NCBI GenBank assembly: GCA_964016885.1
Contig: OZ024740.1
Location: 274,846,001-274,910,000 of the forward strand
Reading direction: 5' to 3'
DNA: 64,000 bases
DNA from: Eledone cirrhosa
Lineage: Eukaryota
In this document: positions 49,489-62,212 of the stretch, piece after piece
Numbering within the stretch: the stretch's first letter is position 1
How the letters are laid out: each line of letters starts with the position of its first letter
Translations under genes and position numbers: made by a program
Notes under the pieces: generated by a model
Told to the model about the DNA's origin: nothing
The model's input: only the letters and a program-made list of their open reading frames with translations
Databases searched by the model: none

Positions 49489-52133
49489 GGCGACCTACGT
49501 AGGAAATCGTATCATCGTGAGCTCCGCAAAGGTTTGTTGTTTTCAGTTGTTTCAAATTGCCATTTATGGAAACATTTTGTTGTTATGTGTTTATAAGGTC
49601 ACATAATTTGCTTTCGGAAAGAGACACTCAAAAAGATTGTGGCCTTGAGCCCAAAATTTAAACTTTTATAATTATCAAACAAAAATTAGTTTGAAAAAAA
49701 CATGGACGACTCACAGCTACACCAGGCTGACAGCCTTCCTCACAAACTAACACCTCACACCAACACCACCATTGTAAATATTACTACGTTTGCCAACACT
49801 AAAAATATAAGCAGTAGCAATAATTTAAATTTGTCTCATGCAGACATTCATTTCCTGCCATTACCAATGACTGCAGGTGTTGAAGCCGCCACCCCCACCA
49901 CCACCACAGCGACAACAGAAACAAAAAAAAAATTATCTTGTGACATCGAAATGGATTCACCCAGAATCGACTCTTCCACACCGAACACAACTGAAACTAA
50001 AAATAACAATAACAAAAATAACAATAGCAACAACAACAATGAGAATAACAACACCGTGTCATTTGCCAAAGCATCCACAAAATGCGAAACAATCCAGGTA
50101 ACTCAGGAGGAATTAGATGAAGCCAAGAGAATGGTAAAGAAAGATGGGTACAGGGTCAGCCTCACCCCCCATCTAATAAAATGGAGCATCGGCACCTATG
50201 CACCGTGTCTTATCGGACGATTAACATAAAATCGCGCCGAGTGGAACGGGCATCCGAGTCCCAAATCCAAAAAGCTTTGGGACATGTGTGGGCAAAAAAA
50301 CCCACATCAGATATGGGCAGAAATATGGAACCGTGGACGTGTTCGTTGGAACACCACAGGAGGCCAGAGAGCACTCCAAGGCCCCATTAAGAAGCGACGA
50401 CTTCACACTCGTCCCTAGTTATTATGGCCAGAGACTCGTAAAATCAGGGTGACCCACGTTCCACCGGCCATCAAAATTCCCTGGCTAATGGCTGCCGTCC
50501 TCACTGGCATCGAGGCCAACACCAAAATAATAGAAATAGCAAAAGAAAAGCAGGAGAACTGGTCCGGATCTGGGATGGAGCTCCTGATCCAAGCGGACCA
50601 AAAAAGCATTGAGGAGATCTCAGAGGTAATAGACCTCACTGACGGCAGCCACCTCACCGTAATCGTCGAGGGCAGAAGGCCTAGGTGTGTGGTTTGTGGT
50701 GAAGGAACCCACCTAAGGGCTTTCTGCCCTCAGGCTAAAAAGTTGAGGCCACCTCTCTCACCCACCCCAGTGACTCAACCATCAACACCACCAGCAGCAG
50801 AAATGGCACCAACAACTGTAGCAGCAACAACCCCAGCAACAGTAGCAAAACCAACACCACCACCACACAACGCGCCAGAACTAGCACCAGCGCCTACACG
50901 ATCCACCACGCCACAACCAAAACCAACGCCTGTGGATGATTTTCTACTCTCCGACCTATCGCAACTGGAGACAGATTAGACGACGAGGAGTGGGAAACGG
51001 TATCAGGAAAAAAGGAAAAAGAAAAAGCAGCCAAAAAAGAAAAAATCCTCTTCCTTCCCCCTCCAAAAACAAAATACAGAGGGGAAACAAATAAACTATC
51101 AAACAAAAAAGTTAGAACAGCTATGCCACCAGCCACACCAGCATCACCAACCCCATCACCACAAACATCAACACCATCACCATCATTAACCTCAACACCA
51201 CCGTCACCAACATCACAAAAGTCATCAAAAACCTAAACAGAAAAAAACCCACAACAAACGCAAACAAAACAAAACAACCAAAACGATACACACTACCGTG
51301 CATTAAATTTGAACAAAAACCAATTATTACACTACATCCAACACAACACCAGCATCACAGAAAAAGACTACACACCACCCCAAAAGTTCACACCACCTCC
51401 ACACATACAAATCACTCGCATCACACAGAAAACGTTTAGGACACTAAAACAAAAATTCCCCAAAGACATCGAGGACTTCCGACAAGCACTCTCCAGGAGG
51501 ATTTATAAGGACATCCTTCAGGAGGAGGCCACAAGCAGTGAAAAGGATGGAGAAACCATCCTTCCTCTACGAGAAGTAAGGTAAGTGGTCTTTCCCATCT
51601 TTTCCACTCCATTTCAACATGACCTCACTCAGAATAGGCAGCATAAATGCGCGTGGCTTGGGGTCGTCATGGAAGCAGGGCCACCTGCTCAACGACCTCA
51701 GGTCACTAAACATAGATGTAGTGGCCATCAGCGAAACCAGAATCTCCGAAGCACGAGCCTTCGCACCGATCTTCGGCGGGTACGATGTGTACGCATCTAC
51801 CAGCCGTCTTGGATCGGGAGGAGGAGTTGCTGTGCTTTTTCGGAGAGGTTTGGATCTCGCCATACGGGCCATCTTCCTGGACCCGGAAGGTAAGTTGGTG
51901 GTGCTGGACGTGACCAGCGGAGACGGGCAATCTTTCAGGCTAGTGGCTGTCTATGCCTCGACAGGAGCAGGGCGGCCTGATTTCTTCCGGCGTCTGGAGA
52001 TCTTTCTCGGAACGTCCCGCTCTTTAGTGTTAGTGGGCGACTGGAATGGGATCTTAGATGCACGCTGGGACTGTGTGGGATTAGTGGATAGGGGAGGAGG
52101 GTGCAAGAGCCTCACCAACCTGCTCATGCGTAT
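49489..52133 (+). mobile_element. Tx1/L1-clade LINE 5' half (5' UTR, frameshifted ORF1, APE endonuclease)
   Basis: Starts right after (ATT)n; knuckle CVVCGEGTHLRAFC; ORF2 51619-52137 SINARGL...ISET...GGGVAVLF...VYA...GDWN. Confidence 0.9.
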
Positions 52134-52200
52134 GTGAGTATGTTGGTGGAGAAGTGGAGTATGTGTTGGTGTGCATGTGTTTGTGTATGTAAGTTTATTG

Positions 52201-52390
52201 TGGTGGATTGGCAGTATCGGTAGAGCGTCGGACAACATGCATCGTGGCATTGAGTTAAAGCCCTTTACGTTCTGAGTTCAAATCCCACCGAGTTTAACTT
52301 TGTCTTTCATCCTCATGAGGCCGATAAAATAAAGTACCAGTAATGTTCTGGGATAATTGCTGGCCTTGAGCCAAAAGTAGAAACTTATTT
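52201..52390 (+). mobile_element. Main SINE copy
   Basis: A-box, B-box and family core present. Confidence 0.8.
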
Positions 52391-52439
52391 CTATGTGTGT
52401 GTACGCTTCAGCGTGTGTGTGTGTGTGTGTGTCGGATGA

Positions 52440-53617
52440 ATGTGTGTCTCCACGTCTTTCTTTCTGACTGTGTATTGTCGCAGCAGAATTGTTTTCCGTG
52501 CATGCCGTGTGAGAGTGGGGTTTAGTGGGGGTGGTGAAGTGAGGGAGGGGGAGAGAAAGGGAGAAGATGGGCCGCACGCAGAACGAAACTGATTAGGGAG
52601 GGAGTTGTGGTGGAAGCGTTAGTATGAGCATGTGTGTATGTACGAGCGTGTGTGTGTGTAGGTATGTGTGTGTATTGGTGATGCAGGTGTGAAAGTTGTA
52701 GTAAATGAGGTTTGTTTGTTATTAGTGGTGTTCGGTATGTATGGGTGGTAGAGCGGCGGAGTGTGGAGATAGACGGGGGTTAGTAGTGTTAGTGTTGGGC
52801 GGTGTTAATTAGTTAGTCAATTAGTTGGTGCCGTCGGTGGGTAAAAAGAGGTGGGTTGTATGGGTATAACCGGTAAAAGGTTGTGTAGGTGTGTAGGGGT
52901 AGGTTGGTGAAGAGGTGGAGAGTATGTGTCTGTGTAGGGGGTGATGAGCTAAAGAAAGAGATGTGGGGAATTTAGATTTCCAGTTCAGGTCTGAAGAAAA
53001 AGATTGTGCGCTGCTCATGTCTCAGGCGTGTAGTGTATCATGGATCCTTAGCAGGCAACAAGGCTGCAGACAGTGAGCTTGTGGGCTTGTGGTCCAGTGG
53101 AGCGGGAGTGTCAGGCGACTGGTGACCGAGAGCCGAATTTTCCGGAGGTACTCGTCGAAAATGGTCCACCAGTCTGTCCGATATAGACAGTTCCACATAG
53201 CATGCAGTGGAGCCCGTAGACAAGGCTGGAGGGGGTGAAGCAGAAGGAGTCCCGGACTCGGAAGGTTTGGCCGTTGAGCCCACAGAAAGTGGTGGTGGAG
53301 ATGGTGGTGATGTAATTGCAAGAGTGGCAAAGGAGTCGGAAGCTGAAGAGGGATCCGAGGGAGAAACTGGGGAAAGAAGGGAGTTGCGGTTGAAGAGGTT
53401 TCGGAGGGTGCGTGCGCGCTTGAAAGAATGGAAGTGAAGCGGTTGGAAGATGGTGGAGTTGGAGGGGTCAGACCTGCGGTGGCAGAAAATCCGGAAGACC
53501 GTCCTCTGGAGGGGTACTATGAGGGGGGTAGTAAGTAAGGAGGAAAGGGTGTCGGTTGGTGGTGGCCGAGGGCGTTGGGATAGGGTGATCTTGACATCAC
53601 AGGAACGGGTGAGCGGA
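52440..53617 (-). pseudogene. Degraded Penelope-like element 3' region
   Basis: LQ....RIF......PS...IF......[10 protein letters not shown]...C.LC..L...RL.DHFR-like broken coding, then a pyrimidine/C-rich tail. Confidence 0.5.
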
Positions 53618-53618
53618 G

Positions 53619-53665
<47 letters not shown>

Positions 53666-53667
53666 AT

Positions 53668-53754
<87 letters not shown>

Positions 53755-53756
53755 AT

Positions 53757-53812
<56 letters not shown>

Positions 53813-53815
<3 letters not shown>

Positions 53816-54085
53816 AAAAGAGATGAAATCGAAAATGCAACTGGAGTCTTTTTTTTTTTAAATATATTTATTTGGTTCCTTTACCAGTTTCGCAGTTCTT
53901 CTGCTTTTCAAAATAGAATTGAGATGGAGGGTTTGTGGTTTTTCTCATATCGAGAAAAACCACAAACCCTCCATCTCAATTTTACTCTTGAAAAGCACAA
54001 GAACTGCGAAACTGGTAAAGGAACTAAATAAATATTTTTTTTTTTAAAAGACTCCAGTTGCATTTTCGATTTCATCTTTTTTCTG
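53813..54085. repeat. ~270-bp palindrome with a 5-nt loop carrying hammerhead family C on both arms
   Basis: Arms 53813-53946 and 53952-54085, loop ATATC. Confidence 0.93.
53981..54023 (+). ncRNA. Minimal hammerhead-like motif with U3-A8 core, family C
   Basis: TTGAAAA-GCA-caagaac-TGC-GAAAC-TG-GTA; stem I is poor on this arm and better on the minus copy at 53875-53920. Confidence 0.5.
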
Positions 54086-54151
54086 TATACTTTCACTCGT
54101 GTAGGACACCTCGTTTATTTTTTCATTTTGTAAAAAAAACTTCACTTTCAA

Positions 54152-54193
<42 letters not shown>

Positions 54194-54712
54194 AAGTGTG
54201 TGTAATAGTAAGCTACTATAGCCTAGCGGAAAGTGTAATTTAAGATGAATTATTATTTACACGATTAAACTTCAGTTACATGTACCTGCCGTTCTAAAAT
54301 ATATCCACAAGGCTAAACTTGACCTATTCCAAATTAATAGAATACCAATATAGCAGAAAGCTATTCATTTATATGCAATTTCTCAACGAGACTAAAATAT
54401 GTTTATTGAAGATGTGTACATTAATCAGTATATAAATTTATTCATAATCTACACCATGTATTTATATTCGACTATTAACTTTGTTCCAATTTATTGATGA
54501 AGTTTCATCATTCACAACCCTGTTTCTATTATAAATAGTTATAGAATATTTTGGTATCTAAGAAGTTCGAAGTAAGCAATCGCCTGATGAGTCCTATTGA
54601 GTGATAAATTTAGTTTGAATTTCATTCCAAACATTCTAAAATCCTGGTCTTTATTTTTCTCACATAGATATGATCCCCGCCCTAACTTTATATATACAAA
54701 CCCATTTTCATA

Positions 54713-54764
<52 letters not shown>

Positions 54765-54801
54765 AAATATCTATCTATCTATCTCTATATATATATATAT
54801 A

Positions 54802-55903
54802 CATGGCTGACGATGCGCGAACACGCGTTCAGGCTGCGGCACCTCCACGTATTCCTCACCGGACAACCGGTATGGGCCCCGTTCGTGAGGCGAGCCTTTC
54901 CATGACTCGTCTCGCTGACCGAGCTGCAGTCCTGGGTCAAGCAAAGACCGAGGAAAATGGGCGACTGGCACATCGAATGTGCTCAGGCGCTCACAGTCCT
55001 CTGGCAAACGGTCCCGGCGATCAGTGGAGACTCCACTTCGACATTCTATAGAGGGTTGATCCACAGCAAGTGCGACGACGCGCTCGGCGAAACTCTGGGC
55101 GTAGAGGGTGACGAACTGGCCAGTCTGTTCGGTAGGACCTTCCGCCCGGGACCGATGGACAACTTCCAAATGTCCCTGGCCTGGCAGTGCTACCGGGGAG
55201 CTCTGCCAATTCGAGACAAGCTCTACAGACACGCGCACCCGGGCAAGGACCATTCGAAAAAGATCTGTCCGAGATGCGTGCGCGACGAGGAAACAGTTGC
55301 GCACGCATTTGTACACTGTCCGGGCGTCACCGACCTGTGGGGCTATGTAGAACGACTATTGTCGCGGGTGGGACCAATCCAGTTGACCACCGAGTCCATT
55401 GTCATAATCAAACCGCCACCATCCTTCGAAAACGAAAGAGAGGCGGTTTTCCTGTGTTATGGCTATGGTGAAAGAGGTTATATGGTGGACGAGGTTAAAA
55501 GGGCTGAGGTCAGACACCTTTCTCTCCGGCGAACAACTGATTCATTTTTTCAAATATCATTTTGGAAAAAGAATCAGGATGGAGAGAGAGGTGCTGTACC
55601 CCAGCAAGTTTTATCAAAGGTAGGTGAATATGGCAAAGAAGGCCCGAGTGGTTGGGCCTTCTCTCTATATAAGCATGTAGGTTGAGGAAAAAGAGGAAGG
55701 GAGGAAGGAAGTACTCACTCTTGGTGCTCCTGGAGATGAGGGTTGTACATTTTTTTCGGGGTGTGTACAAGCCCTGTGTCCCCACTATTGGGGATTTCAA
55801 TTGTTATTTGTTATTTTATTAATGGTTTTATTTTCATATACCTGTATGTAAACACCCCATTTGTATTTGTTCCCTTCTTTTGTGCACTTGTGGCTAATAA
55901 AGA
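54802..55903 (+). mobile_element. 5'-truncated Tx1 LINE 3' part in (TA)n/(TATC)n
   Basis: Homologous to 20130-21000 (LAWQCYRGALP.RDKL, CPRC...EET.AH....C); AATAAAG end. Confidence 0.88.
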
Positions 55904-55909
55904 AATTTA

Positions 55910-56017
<108 letters not shown>

Positions 56018-56042
56018 TAGATAGATAGATAGACAGACATTT

Positions 56043-56216
56043 GTATCCCGGGTTCAATCGGGGATAACCTCAGTAAGTAAGGTACTCAATACATAGCAGA
56101 GTATAAATATTTAATATAGAAATGACTTCTACAGTACTAGAACTGTTTCATTCAGAGGAAATCATCATGGCTTTCCTTCCTTCGAATGAAATAGTTCTAA
56201 TACTGTAGAAGCCATT

Positions 56217-56224
<8 letters not shown>
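56043..56224. mobile_element. Hammerhead family A element with inverted partial duplicate
   Basis: 56043-56167 matches 37149-37272; 56113-56153 is inverted at 56184-56224. Confidence 0.8.
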
Positions 56225-56306
<82 letters not shown>

Positions 56307-56505
56307 AAGAACTCAGGGTAGCCCCTTACAATTAGATAGCTCTAAAAAAAAGCTTTTCCGAGCCGTACAAAATAATTGAATAAACAAGAGAGATGAACAC
56401 TAATATAAACATACATGTGTTCGAATCGTAAGGACCAAAATTTGCTAGGGTGAAAAAATACTAACTACAGCAATATAGTTTGTTATCCTTAACTTTAAAT
56501 ATTAA

Positions 56506-56895
56506 TGGATTGGCAGTATCGGTAGAGGGACGGACGCCATGCTTTCCAGCATAGTTACGTCCCTTTACGACCTGAGTTCAAATCCCGCCGAGGTTGACTT
56601 TGCCTTTCATCATTACGGGGTCGATAAAATAAAGTACCAGTAATGCACTGGGATAATTGCTGGCCTTGTGCCTAAAGTAGAAACAATTATATTACACGCA
56701 AAGGCGATGGATTGGCAGTATCGGTAGAGGGTCGGACGCCATGCTTTGCAGCATAGAGTTACGGCCCTTTATGATCTGAGTTCAAATCTCGCCGAGGTTA
56801 AGTTTGCCTTTCATCCTTACGGCGTCGATAAAATAAAGTACCAGTAATACACTGGGATAATTGCTGGCCTTGTGCCAAAAGTAGAAACAATTATT
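56506..56895 (+). mobile_element. Two tandem young copies of the main SINE
   Basis: 56506-56692 and 56703-56895, complete family sequence. Confidence 0.88.
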
Positions 56896-56995
56896 ATATT
56901 ACACTCTGGCTAGCTCTACACCTCGATACTGACTTGAACCTAAACATCGAGTGCTCCTCCGAGTGAACCTACAGTAACTCCGCGTTAAACTCCCT

Positions 56996-57048
<53 letters not shown>

Positions 57049-57235
57049 TAAGCTGGTTCCTTACCTCATTTCCTCCGTTATATATATATATATATATATA
57101 TATAACAAACAAGGTGTGGTAAGATACCAGGTGAACCATAACGCACCAGAGTACTTGATACTTAGGGCCGGAGCTCAGCTGTCGGGGTCCTGACTCTTTT
57201 CCTATATATATGTATATATAGGGCGGGTAAAATTC

Positions 57236-57318
<83 letters not shown>

Positions 57319-57539
57319 GCACAGAAAGAGAAAGTGCGAGAGAGGAGAGGAAAGAAAGGGGGTAGGAAGAGAGGAATAGAGTGAGGGTGAACGAGAGAGA
57401 GAGAGAGAGATGCATATTTTATTTTGGGAGAGTCAAGCTGCCAATAAAAACGCTTACACCAGTTGATGCTTTCCTTCTGTTTTTATTATTAATCGGGTAA
57501 CTTGTGCTAAATATAGAAACTATTATTTATCGGGTAAGT

Positions 57540-58850
57540 GGGCGATGAATGGAAGCATAATTAGAGTATCAGACAACATGCTTTGCAGCATAGAGTTACG
57601 TTCCTTTACGTTCTGAGATTAACTTTGTCTTGCATCATTGCAGGGTCGATAAAATAAAGTACCAGTAGCGCACTGGGGTCGATTTAATTGACTTGGTCCT
57701 TCCCTTCAAATTGCTGGCCTTGTGCCAAAAGGAGAAATAATTGTTAATCAGTTAAGGGCAGTGGATTCGAAGAATCGGTAGAGCGTCGAACAACATTCTT
57801 TGCGGCATATAGTTACATCCCGTTACGGTCTGAGTTCAAATCCCACCAAGTTTAGCTTGGCTTTTATTCATTACGTGGAAGATTTAACTGACTTTTCCCT
57901 TCCCTTCAAATTGCTAACCTTGTGTCAAATTTAGAAATCATTTTTAGTCAGGTAAGTAATCGATTCATCGGTTGGTTGAGCAACCAATGATTATTCAATT
58001 GTCAAAGCTTTCCTCACATATTCTGCGACCTTCTGTATGCAACTTTTTTGCCCTCTGTGTCTCCTCATTGCTTCGATACTGTCTAGTCTTTTTCTTTTCA
58101 TCTTTCTGTGGTGTGTCTGTGGCATGCACATGCGTGTTTGTCTGTTGTATGTCCATGCTTATGCGAGAGCCTGTGTGCGTACGTTTATGTATGCATGTGT
58201 GTGTAGTTTTATATATTTCTACTCTCGCAAGATTCTATGCGTGTTTACCTTTATTTTGAGTGAAGCCTGTTTTGTGAGCGTGAGATAAAGAGTGCAATGA
58301 ATCAACTCCACTACATCATTGGGACTTATTTATCGACACAGTAAACATGAAAGGCAAAGTTGATATGGGAGTGGTTTTAAAATCAGATCGTAAAGGCCCG
58401 TAATAAATAGTGTAATGAAAAAGTTGCCAAGCTAAAGAGGTCAAATATACCAGAAACGTGTCTCCATATTTTACAGATAAATTAATATAATTGTTTCTAC
58501 TTTTGGCACAAGGCCAGCAATTACCAAGTGCATGGCTGGTACTTTATTTTATCGACCCCGTAAGGATGAAAGGCAAAGTTAACCTCGACGGGATTTGAAC
58601 TCAGACCATAAAGGGCCGTAACTCTATGATGCAAAGCATGGCGTTCGACCTTCTACCGATACTGCCAATCCACCGCCCTATAATATAATGGTTTCTCATT
58701 TAGGCACAAAGCCAATAATTTTGAAGGAAAGGAAAGTCGATTAAATCTACCCCAGTACACAACTGGTTCTACATTTTGTGGACCCCGTAAAGATGAGAAG
58801 CAAAACAAACCTCGGTGGGATTTGAGCTCAGAACTTAGAGGGACATAACC
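57540..58850. mobile_element. Further SINE copies (57540-57745 +, 57757-57945 +, 58320-58410 -, 58487-58678 -, 58687-58850 -)
   Basis: Family motifs present. Confidence 0.75.
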
Positions 58851-58952
58851 ATATAAATCAAAATAACAAAAATCATTGACTAATATCACTTTTTACCACC
58901 TAAACATATACACACACGTGCACGCGCGCGCACACACACACATGCACGCGCG

Positions 58953-59050
<98 letters not shown>

Positions 59051-59273
59051 CGTATATATACATATATATATATGTACATATATGTAGGAGGTGAGTTTTA
59101 TATATGTACATATATATATATACACACATATATATACTCTTTTACCTGTTTCAGCCATCCGGCTGAGGCCATGCTATATATATATATATATATAAATGAT
59201 AAGTATAGAAATTATTGTAGCAGGAAGCCAACAGTATTCCATAATATATATATATATATAATATATATATATG

Positions 59274-59364
<91 letters not shown>

Positions 59365-59643
59365 TTATGTGAGTTGATAAAACAACCATATAAATGCAAA
59401 GACCGCTTTAATGCTCAATGCGATATTATAGTCCACACCGGTCAATATAGTTTATTATAAAAACCAACAATATTGTTTATAAATTTCGTTATTCCACTGA
59501 ATTTGATGGGCGTGTAAGGTGTATATCATTGGTATCGAATCGATTCTGTTGAGCTTATTCTAACTGAAATGGAATTTTCTTGTTAGTCTAACGAAACGAT
59601 CGTAAATCAATTAAATGATTTAATTGTCGGTCGCAAATCCAGG

Positions 59644-59703
<60 letters not shown>

Positions 59704-59742
59704 GATATTAACAAATGGAAACTATATTTATAAAACCATATC

Positions 59743-59807
59743 TATTTCATTATACATATTTCAAGGATACCAAGTTAAATTATGGTATGCCTTCATCAGA
59801 CAAAATA
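59743..59807 (-). ncRNA. Type-I hammerhead ribozyme, family B
   Basis: Minus strand TATTTTGT-CTGATGA-AGG.ATACCA/TGGTAT.CCT-GAAA-TATGTA-TA-ATGAAATA. Confidence 0.75.
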
Positions 59808-60118
59808 CAATATATATCAGTTTTATAAATAAGCATTGACGTACCCTTTCAAAATGCGACCATTACTTTTGGAGGACATCAGGATAGTGGTTTGTTTATA
59901 TTATTTTAGTAAGTCGTAGTGTTAAGGATAAGTACAAAAAACGGAGAGAGAGAGAAAAGCGTGGAGAAAAGAAAGGGAGAGATAAATAAATAAAGAAAAA
60001 TAGGAAAGAAAAGAAGAAAAAAAAAGAAAAAAGAAAAAATAAGAAAACAGAGGAAAGCAACAGAGAGTTATCAAACCACCAGACAGAGAGAAAAACTCAA
60101 CAATTTAAATAGAACTTT

Positions 60119-60202
<84 letters not shown>

Positions 60203-60583
60203 GATAACAAAATATCGTTATAGGTAATCCAGTTAGAGGTTGTGAATACTTCTTATTATGAATAGTTTTAGCGTACGGCTTTGCTTGACTCAACAAGAGG
60301 TTTACGTAGATAGCGAGTTTATGATTTAACTTGTATTCTTATGTAAGTTTATCTTGGAGTAATACAATTGAAAAAATGTGAAGAAGAACATGGTCAACAG
60401 TACAAAAAAGGAGAATTTATTTACAGTCTAACAATTGTTTCTCTGATTGAGTTGTCTAAAAATTAGTGAACACTAGAAGCAGCGCCACTCAATTTTAAAT
60501 ACGATACTAGCTGAATCGTGTCATTAGAAACTGTTATAAAAAATATATATAACCGGTAAATCTACAAATTCAACAGCATCAAT

Positions 60584-60765
60584 AATAATTGTTTCTACTT
60601 TAGGCACAAGGCCAGCAATCAACCAGTGCATTACTGGTACTTTATTTTATCGACCCCGTAAGGATGAAAGGCAAAGTCAACCTCGGCGGGATTTGAACTC
60701 AGATCATAAAGGGACATAACTATGCTGGAAAGCATGGCGTCCGACCCTCCAATCCACCACCGCCA
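60584..60765 (-). mobile_element. Main SINE copy
   Basis: Family sequence present. Confidence 0.85.
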
Positions 60766-61451
60766 TCAATAATAATAATAGTAATAAAGACAGAGAGAGA
60801 ACAACAGAAAGAAAGAGAGATAGATAAAGGAAAGAAAGAAAGAAAAAGGAAAAAGAAAAAGAAGAAAAAGGAAAAAGAAAAAGAAGAAAAAGGAAAAGAA
60901 AAAGAAAAAGAATCGTTGGCCTTGTTCAAAAGTAGAAACAGTTATTATTGAGGCTAAAAAGTGAGTCTTGTTACCCTGGAGTTTCGCCTGTTTATCGAAA
61001 GATGGTGTAGGACAGAACAAAGGAGAGACACAAAATAAAAAAATTAGTCACCGAGGAGTTCACACAACGTGTGACGAAAGAGTTTTGTTTGACAATAAAC
61101 AAAAAAACAACCATCCAGTTATTAAACTAAATTGAAGTGAAAACTAACAGTTGCGTGTGATTTTATTGGCAGCATGACATTCCCAAATTAATTATAACAA
61201 TATCTGTTTAAACTCACATTTTCAGATGAGAGATGTTGAAGAACAAATACAATATATATATATAACAAAGAAGTAAAGGACCAGGTGGACCATAACGCAC
61301 CAGGTGGACCATAACGCACCAGAGTACCCGATACTTAGGGTAGAAGAGTGGGTAATAGGAAAAGAGTCAGGACCCCGACGTTCGGATCTAGCTGACGAAA
61401 CGGCCGGAGCTCAGCCGTCGAGGTCCTGAGCTTCTCCTATATATATATATA

Positions 61452-62160
61452 TATGATGTATTGTTTTTGTTTATGCCACGAAACTACGTAGTCGAGGAAT
61501 CTAGGAGCAGTTTAGGTATGATACATTTTATTACTAATTATATCTAAATGTTTCTTCTCTCTTCATAATGTATTTTTAACTCTGATACTGGTTCAGTCTG
61601 GTTCAACCGGATTGGTCTGTCCCAGTCATTCATTGAGCAACATCGGTGAAGTTGGCACCCTTAACTCATGGTTGGGTGCGGATGCATTCATGTATATGTG
61701 TGTGTCCGCATGTATCTGTGTGTTTCTAAATATATTGTTAATAACTCCCTCTGGTCGAGCAATCTTTGAAGTGTGGGGACTGCTGGAAAGCTTTCATTAC
61801 TCATACTTCTCGCCTCCTTCACCACCTCTTCTACGGCTTCGATATAAATACCCCCTCCGCCTCCGTGGTATTTTCTTCGGGGTTATAAGAGGCTTAGCTC
61901 TGTTTCTCGACCGTTATATCGCGTGACTATCTCCCCCTCCGCCTTTTGGGATTCTTTCTCACGTTGTGGAGACGCGTTCTTGAGACTAGTAAAATGAGGT
62001 ATCCTCTTGATAAGTCGGCAGACCTCGCAAGGACTCTATATCTTTATGATGTATTGTTTTTGTTTATGCCACGAAACTACGTAGTCGAGGAATCTAGGAG
62101 CAGTTTAGGTATGATACATTTTATTACTAATTATATCTAAATGTTTCTTCTCTCTTCATA

Positions 62161-62166
<6 letters not shown>
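61452..62166 (+). mobile_element. Non-coding retrozyme-like or Penelope pLTR-like element with 122-bp terminal direct repeats
   Basis: 61452-61573 is identical to 62045-62166 (period 593); (TA)n on both flanks; hammerhead spans the repeat start. Confidence 0.75.
62002..62091 (+). ncRNA. Type-I hammerhead ribozyme, family D, U3-A8 core, long loop 2
   Basis: TCCTC-TTGATAA-GT(C)GGCA...TGCCAC-GAAA-CTACGTAG-TC-GAGGA; palindromic stem III ACTACGTAGT; GUC cut predicted after 62086. Confidence 0.72.

Positions 62167-62212
<46 letters not shown>

Noticed and set aside
54583-54615. CTGATGAGTCC hammerhead-like start
   Set aside because: No closing stem II or GAAA box follows.
49489-55903. Treating 49489-52133 and 54802-55903 as one interrupted Tx1
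   Set aside because: The RT core is absent between them and their flanking repeats differ, so linkage cannot be shown.
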